Shown here: positions 35,346 to 41,635 of the stretch, piece after piece | Numbering within the stretch: position 1 is the first letter of the stretch | How the letters are laid out: each line of letters opens with the position of its first letter | Made by a program: the position numbers and the translations under genes | NCBI RefSeq assembly: GCF_004010195.1 | Contig: NC_057718.1 | Coordinates: forward strand, 82,678,792-82,720,426 | Length of the DNA: 41,635 bases | From: Chiloscyllium plagiosum | Taxonomy: Eukaryota | Direction of reading: 5' to 3' | Notes under the pieces: model-generated | Told to the model about the DNA's origin: nothing | Databases searched by the model: none | What the model saw: the letters and a program-made list of their open reading frames with translations, nothing else

Positions 35346-35922
35346 GCTTGGGATAAGTTGATGTTAATGGAGGTTGGAGGTGGGAGGCCAGAGAGAAATG
35401 TAAGAGTCAAATGAGTTGAGATGTCTAAGAGCTCCAACAAATTGGTGCATGGAGTAAAGGATGAGATGGATGTGAGCTGATTCTTGTGAAGGAGCGGTTG
35501 TAGATTCAGAAGCTCTAATAAGCTTGAGTAGGTTGTTGAAGACACAAGTAATCAGGATCAACCATAATCAGGTTCAAAGTAATGTAAAACAAAGCTGTGA
35601 TGATCTTAGAAATTTAAACAAAGAAACTCGTTAAACTTGATTTAATTATATTGAGCGATGACAGTGCACTCCTTATCTCTGTCCTTACACTCATGTCTGT
35701 GTTTGCGTCTGTAATCAAACGTAATTATAGTCAAATCTCTTTGAGGAAAATTATTTCAACCATTTCTTCCGCATTAAGTGTGAAACAGCCTGTCCACAAA
35801 AATTGCAAAATGATATAAACTAATATGCAATTACATTCCTCTTCCAAATCACCATTCACTGTGGTCTTCCAGTCAGAGACAGCGGAGAACTAAACTGGGT
35901 TGGTAAGGAAGGGTGGGAAGAT

Positions 35923-35961
35923 GAGACAGAGAGAGAGAGAGAGAGACAGAGAGACAGAGAG
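35923..35961. repeat. (GA)n / (GACAGA)n microsatellite
   Basis: Seen directly. Confidence 0.85.
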
Positions 35962-36169
35962 TCCAAGAAGTCTTTAAAAAGAATTTATATAGCATCAAAG
36001 AAGTCTTCAGAGTTTCTTTGCAGTGTTTTACATAACAGCAGTAGAATCACTATTACAAAGCAATGTGAATCAGTTCACATGCAGCAAGTTCCTACAAATT
36101 GGAATGTGATAATGACCAGGTAATCTGTTTCAGTAATGTTGGTTAAGGGATAAATATTAGCTCCTTGAC

Positions 36170-36602
36170 ACAGAACTGTGTGCTCTATGGTCTGTCCCCC
36201 AGGACACACACCGAGATGAACATTGATTGCGCCTGGAGGACCATCGATGAAAGATGCTCTTCGATTTGCCTGAAACTTGCTGGTCTTCTAGAGCAAGGAG
36301 TTGTGCTCGACTGAGTGTGGTCCAGGACTATGTGCTGAGGGACAGTGGGGAAAGACCACTAAGGTCTTTCTGCCCAAGTTAAATGGTGGTCCGATCAGTT
36401 ATCAGACACCCTGGTGTCTCAAATGCATGCAAGTATAGTGTTGTGCAAATAGGAAATACCTTTGATTTGTTTGTTGCATAGATCCAAATTCTAATGTTTG
36501 TTTGTTTGTTCCTTCATATGCTACTGTACAGAACCAAACTACATTTGCCACTATATATAAAGAGAATTTTATGAATAAAATCTACTTTTGAAATAAAAAA
36601 AA
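36170..36602 (+). mobile_element. Tx1/L1-like LINE 3' end with poly(A)
   Basis: GTCCAGGACTATGTGCTGAGGGAC...GTGGGGAAAGACCAC shared with 16825-17130; AATAAA then A-run; ATTAGC on both flanks. Confidence 0.6.
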
Positions 36603-37113
36603 TTAGCCTGGACACCAGAATAACCTTCAACACTTCATCAAATAATGCATTGGGACATGTGCAGCCATGTGAGTGGACAGATGAGAATGCATTTCAACTT
36701 TTCATGTGAACAAGAGTAGAATGGTTTTTAAAGCTAAACATGGCTGGTGTCACCAGGCACCATGTGGAGACTGGGGAATGGAGCAGTGGGATTTTGAAAA
36801 TGGTCCATCATTCATAGCACAAGACTGAGGAGGTGGTAACTCCTGGGCCTACAAAGTGGATGCAGTCTCCTGCCTGAATCTGGCAAATAGAACGAGAGCA
36901 GGAATCTGAGCAGCACAGCATCTCCTCTGTATTAACATGAGTAGCTCAAATCTTATGATTTAGAATGACACTCAAACAGGAGAAGAGCATGTTTCCTTGA
37001 ATAAACACAGAGGATGCTGGAGAAACTCAGCAGGACTCGCTGCATCCATGGAGAGAGAAACACAGGTAAGTAGTGTTTCCTTGTTCTGCTGCTGCTTTTG
37101 AATCATAAGATAC

Positions 37114-37124
37114 CAAGATGGCGG
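37114..37124 (+). promoter_or_regulatory. YY1-type motif CAAGATGGCGG, possibly the 5' end of a retroelement
   Basis: Matches the YY1 consensus AAGATGGCGG; followed by a pyrimidine tract and then the satellite. Confidence 0.35.
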
Positions 37125-37270
37125 TGAAATAGGATTCCTGAGCTAGAGCTCTTCCACTTGGTCCATTTCTATTCTTTCTTTCCTCTCTCTTTTCACTTTT
37201 CATTTTTTTACCTCCTGCCCTTGGTGGCATCAGTGATGTCTAGGGTGAAAGCCAGCGAGGACTACCCAGC

Positions 37271-40200
37271 CTCAGTGAGGACTCAAACTCCCAGTCTCAG
37301 TATGGACTCAGATTCCCGGACTCAGTATGGACTCAGACTCCCGGTCTCAGTATGGACTCAGACTCCAGGCCTCAGTATGGACTCAGACTCCAGGCCTCAG
37401 TATGGACTCAGACTCCCGGCCTCAATATGGACTCAGACTCCAGGCCTCAGTACGGACTCAGACTCCCGGCCTCAGTATGGACTCAAACTCCGAGCCTCAG
37501 TATGGACTCAGATTCCCGGACTCAGTATGGACTCAGACTCCAGGCCTCAGTATGGACTCAGACTCCAGGCCTCAGTATGGAATCAAACTCCCAACTTCAG
37601 TATGGACTCAGATTCTCGGACTCAGTATGGACTCAGACACCAGGCCTCAGTATGGAATCAAACTCCCAACTTCAGTATGGACTCAGATTCCGGAACTCAG
37701 TATGGACTCAGTATGGACTCAGACACCAGGCATCAGTATGGAATCAAACTCCCAACTTCAGTATGGACTCAGACTCCCGGCCTCAGTATGGACTCAGACT
37801 CCCGGCCTCAATATGGACTCAAACTCCCAGCCTCAGTATGGACTCAGATTCCCGGACTCAGTATGGACTCAGACACCAGGCCTCAGTATGGACTCAGACT
37901 CCCGGCCTCAGTATGGACTCAGATTCCAGGCCTCAGTATGGACTCAGACACCAGGCATCAGTATGGAATCAAACTCCCAACTTCAGTATGGACTCAGACT
38001 CCCGGCCTCAGTATGGACTCAGACTCCCGGCCTCAATATGGACTCAAACTCCCAGCCTCAGTATGGACTCAGACTCCCGGTCTCAGTATGGACTCAGACA
38101 CCAGGCCTCAGTATGGACTCAGACTCCCGGCCTCAATATAGACTCAGACTCCAGGCCTCAGTACGGACTCAGACTCCCGGCCTCAGTATGGACTCAAACT
38201 CCCGATCTCAGTATGGACTCAGACTCCCGACCTCAGTATGAACCCAAACTCCCGATCTCAGTATGGACTCAGACTCCCGGCCTCAGTATGGACTCAGACT
38301 CCCGGCCTCAATATGGACTCAAACTCCCAGCCTCAGTATGGACTCAGACTCCCGGTCTCAGTATGGACTCAGACACCAGGCCTCAGTATGGACTCAGACT
38401 CCCGGCCTCAATATAGACTCAGACTCCCGACCTCAGTGTGGACTCAGACTCCAGTCCTCAGTATGGACTTGAACTCCCGATCTCAGTATGGACTCAGACT
38501 CCCGACCTCAGTATGAACCCGAACTCCCGATCTCAGTATGGACTCAGACTACCGGCCTCAGTATGGACTCGAACTCCCAATCTCAGTATGGCCCAGATTA
38601 CCCAGCCTCAGTGTGGACTCAAATTCCTGGCCTCAGTATGGACTCTAACCCCCGGCCTCAGTATGGACTCAGACGCACAGCCTCAGTATGGACTCAGACT
38701 CCCGGCCTCAGGATGGACTCACACTCCAGGCCTCAGTATGGACTCAAGCGCCTGACCTCAGTATGAACTCAGACTCTCGGCCTCAGTGTGGACTCAAAAC
38801 CCCACCTCAGTATGGACTCAGACTCCCGACCTCAGTATGGACTCAGACTCCTGGCCTCAGGATGGACTCACACTCCAGGCCTCAGTATGGACTCAAACGC
38901 CTGACCTCAGTATGAACTCAGACTCTCGGCCTCAGTATGGACTCAAACTCCTGATCTCAGTGTGGACTCAGACTCCCAGTCTCAATTTGGATTCAGACTC
39001 CCAGTCTCAATATGGACACAGACTCCCGATCTTAGTATGGACTCAGACGCCAGGCCACAGGGTGGACTCAGACTCCTGACCTCAGTGTGGTCTAGCACTA
39101 CTGGCCTCAGTATGGACTCGAACTCCCAATCTCAGTATGGCCCAGAACTCCCAGCCTCAGTATGGACTCAAATTCCTGGCCTCAGTATGGACTCAGACCC
39201 CCGGCCTCAGTATGGACTCAGATCCAAAGGCTCAGTATGGACTCAGACTCACGGCCTCAGGACGGACTCACTCTCCAGGCCTCAGTATGGACTCAAACGC
39301 CCGGCCTCAGGATGGACTCGAACGCCCGGCCTCAGGATGGACTCGAATTCCCGGCCTCAGGATGGACTCAAATTCCCGATCTCAGTATGGACTGAGACTC
39401 CCGACCTCAGTATGGACTCGAACTCCCGATCTCAGTATGGACTCAGACTCCCGACCTCAGTGTGGACTCAGACTCCCATCCTCAGTATGGACTTGAACTC
39501 CCGATCTCAGTATGGACTCAGACTCCCGACCTCAGTATGAACTCGAACTCCCGATCTCAGTATGGACTTAGACTCCCAGCCTCAGTACGGACTCGAACTC
39601 CCGATCTCAGTATGGACTCAGATTCCCAGTCTCAATATGGACTCAGACTCCCAACCTCAGTGTAGACTCAGACTCCCGGCCTCAGTACGGACTCGAACTC
39701 CCGATCTCAGTATGGACTCAGACTCCCGACCTCAGTGTGGACTCAGAGCCCCAGCCTCAGTATGGACTCAGACTCCATGCCTCAGTATGGACTCGAACCC
39801 CCGATCTCAGTATGGACTCAGACCCCAGCCTCAGTATGGACTCAGACTCCATGCCTCAGTATGGACTCGAACTCCCGATCTCAGTATGGACTCAGACCCC
39901 CAGCCTCAGTATGGACTCAGACTCGAGGCCTCAGTATGGACTCGAACTCCCGACCTCAGTACGGACTCGAAATCCCGGCCTCAGTATGGACTCGAGCTCC
40001 CGATCTCAGTATGGACTCAGACCCCCAGCCTCAGTATGGACTCAGACTCCCAGCCTCAGTACGGACTCAGACTCCATGCCTCAGTATGGACTCAGACTCC
40101 CGACCTCAGTGTGGACTCAGACCCCCAGCCTCAGTACGGACTCAGACTCCTGGCCTCAGTACGGACTCAGACTCCTGGCCTCAGTATGGACTCGAATTCT

Positions 40201-41635
40201 CGATCTCAATATGGACTCAGACTCCCAACCTCAGTATGGACTCAGACTCCCTGTGTCAGTATGGACTCAGACTCCCAAGCTCAGTATGGACTCAGACTTC
40301 TGATCTCAGTATGGACTCAGACCTCCAGCCTCAGTATGGGCTCGAACTCCTGGCCTCAGTATGGACTCGAACTCCTGACTTCAGTATGAACTCAGACTCC
40401 CGATCTCAGTATAGACTCAGACTCCTGGCCTCAGTATGGACTCAGACTCCCAATCTTAGTATGGCCCAGAACACCCAGCCTCACTATGGACTCAAATTCC
40501 AGGCCTCAGTATGGACTCAGACCCCCGGCCTCAGTATGGACTCAGACTCCCGGCCTCAGTATGGACTCGGACCACCGGCCTCAGTATGGACTCAGACCCC
40601 CAGCCTCAGTACGGACTCGAACTCCTGGCCTCAGTATGGACTCAGACTCCTGGCCTCAGTATGGACTCGAACTCCCGATCTCAGCATGGACTCAGACTCC
40701 CGGCCTCAGTATGGACTCGAACTCCCGACCTCAGTATGGACTCGAACTCCCGATCTCAGTATGGACTCGAACTCCACATCTCAGTATGGACTCAGACTCC
40801 CGACCTCAGTGTGGACTCAGACTCCCGGCCTCAATATGGACTCGAACTCCCAATCTCAGTATGGACTCAGACTCCCGGCCTCAGTATGGACTCGAACTCC
40901 CGATCTCAGTATGGACTCAGACCCCCAGCCTCAGTATGGACTCAGACTCGAGGCCTCAGTATGGACTCAGACTCCCGGCCTCAGGATGGACTCGAATGCC
41001 CGGTCTCAGTGTGGACTCAGACGCCCGGCCTCAATATCGACTCAGACCCCCAGCCTCAGTATGGACTCAAACACCCGACCTCAGTATGGACTCAGACTCC
41101 AGGCCTCAGTATGGACTCAAACTCTTGACCTCAGTATGGACTCGAACTTCCGATCTCAGTATGGACTCAGACTCCCGACCTCAGTGTGGACTCAGACTCC
41201 CGGCCTCAGTATGGACTCGAACTCCCGATCTCAGTATGGACTCAGACCCCCAGCCTCAGTATGGACTCAGACTCCCGGCCTCAGTATGTACTCAAACTCT
41301 TGACCTCAGTATGGACTCGAACTCCCGATCTCAGCATGCACTCAGACTCCCGGCCTCAGTATGGACTCGAATTCTCGGTCTCAATATGGACTCAGACTCC
41401 CGATCTCAGTATGGACTCGAACTCCAGATCTCAGTATGGACTCGAACTCCAGATCTCAGTATGGACTCAGACTCCAGACCTCAGTGTGGACTCAGACACC
41501 CGGCCTCAGTATGGACTCGAACTCCCGATCTCAGTATGGACTCAGACTCCCGACCTGAGTGTGGACTCAGACTCCCGGCCTCAGTATGGACTCGAACTCC
41601 CGATCTCAGTATGGACTCAGACCCCCAGCCTCAGT
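37271..41635. repeat. 25-bp tandem satellite/minisatellite, consensus CTCAGTATGGACTCAGACTCCCGGC, about 175 units, continues beyond the window
   Basis: Direct 25-nt periodicity; CTCAGTATGGACTC is the more conserved half; few indels (11-nt slip ~37705, 1-nt deletions ~38800 and ~39825). Confidence 0.97.

Noticed and set aside
37158..41558. Long ORFs of 200-522 aa as a repetitive protein gene
   Set aside because: They overlap in all three frames, arise from a 25-nt period that is not a multiple of 3, and are broken by sporadic stops and indels.
37271..41635. CRISPR-like repeat-spacer array (conserved 14-mer plus variable 11-mer)
   Set aside because: The variable parts are point variants of one sequence, not unique spacers; they are too short, there are no cas genes and the context is vertebrate.
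37271..41635. Hammerhead-containing satellite
   Set aside because: The consensus unit has no CUGANGA plus GAAA pair on either strand.

Overview
Repeat-dense eukaryotic DNA with no host protein-coding gene I can support. HE1-like V-SINEs, DeuSINE-like cores and CR1 tails with (CTATGACT)n point to a cartilaginous fish, probably a shark (inference). Bases 1-37,250 are a nested mosaic of CR1, L2-like, RTE and Tx1-like LINE fragments, tRNA-derived SINEs, Gypsy and solo-LTR relics, and pieces of several Penelope-like element (PLE) families. Bases ~37,271-41,635 (running off the window) are a 25-bp tandem satellite, which accounts for all the long ORFs in the track. Three things stand out. (1) A high-copy ~130-200 bp unit identical to the 3' end of a GIY-YIG PLE carries a very reduced hammerhead ribozyme motif, is usually flanked by its own 9-16 bp TSD, and occurs singly, as inverted pairs and once as a 40-bp tandem double hammerhead. 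(2) A ~3.1 kb LINE with no visible ORF1 has a tRNA-like Pol III head, and two SINEs in the window match its head joined directly to its tail. (3) One PLE insertion carries an exact 18-nt inverted copy of its own empty target site. All family calls come from motif recognition by eye, and boundaries of old repeats are approximate.
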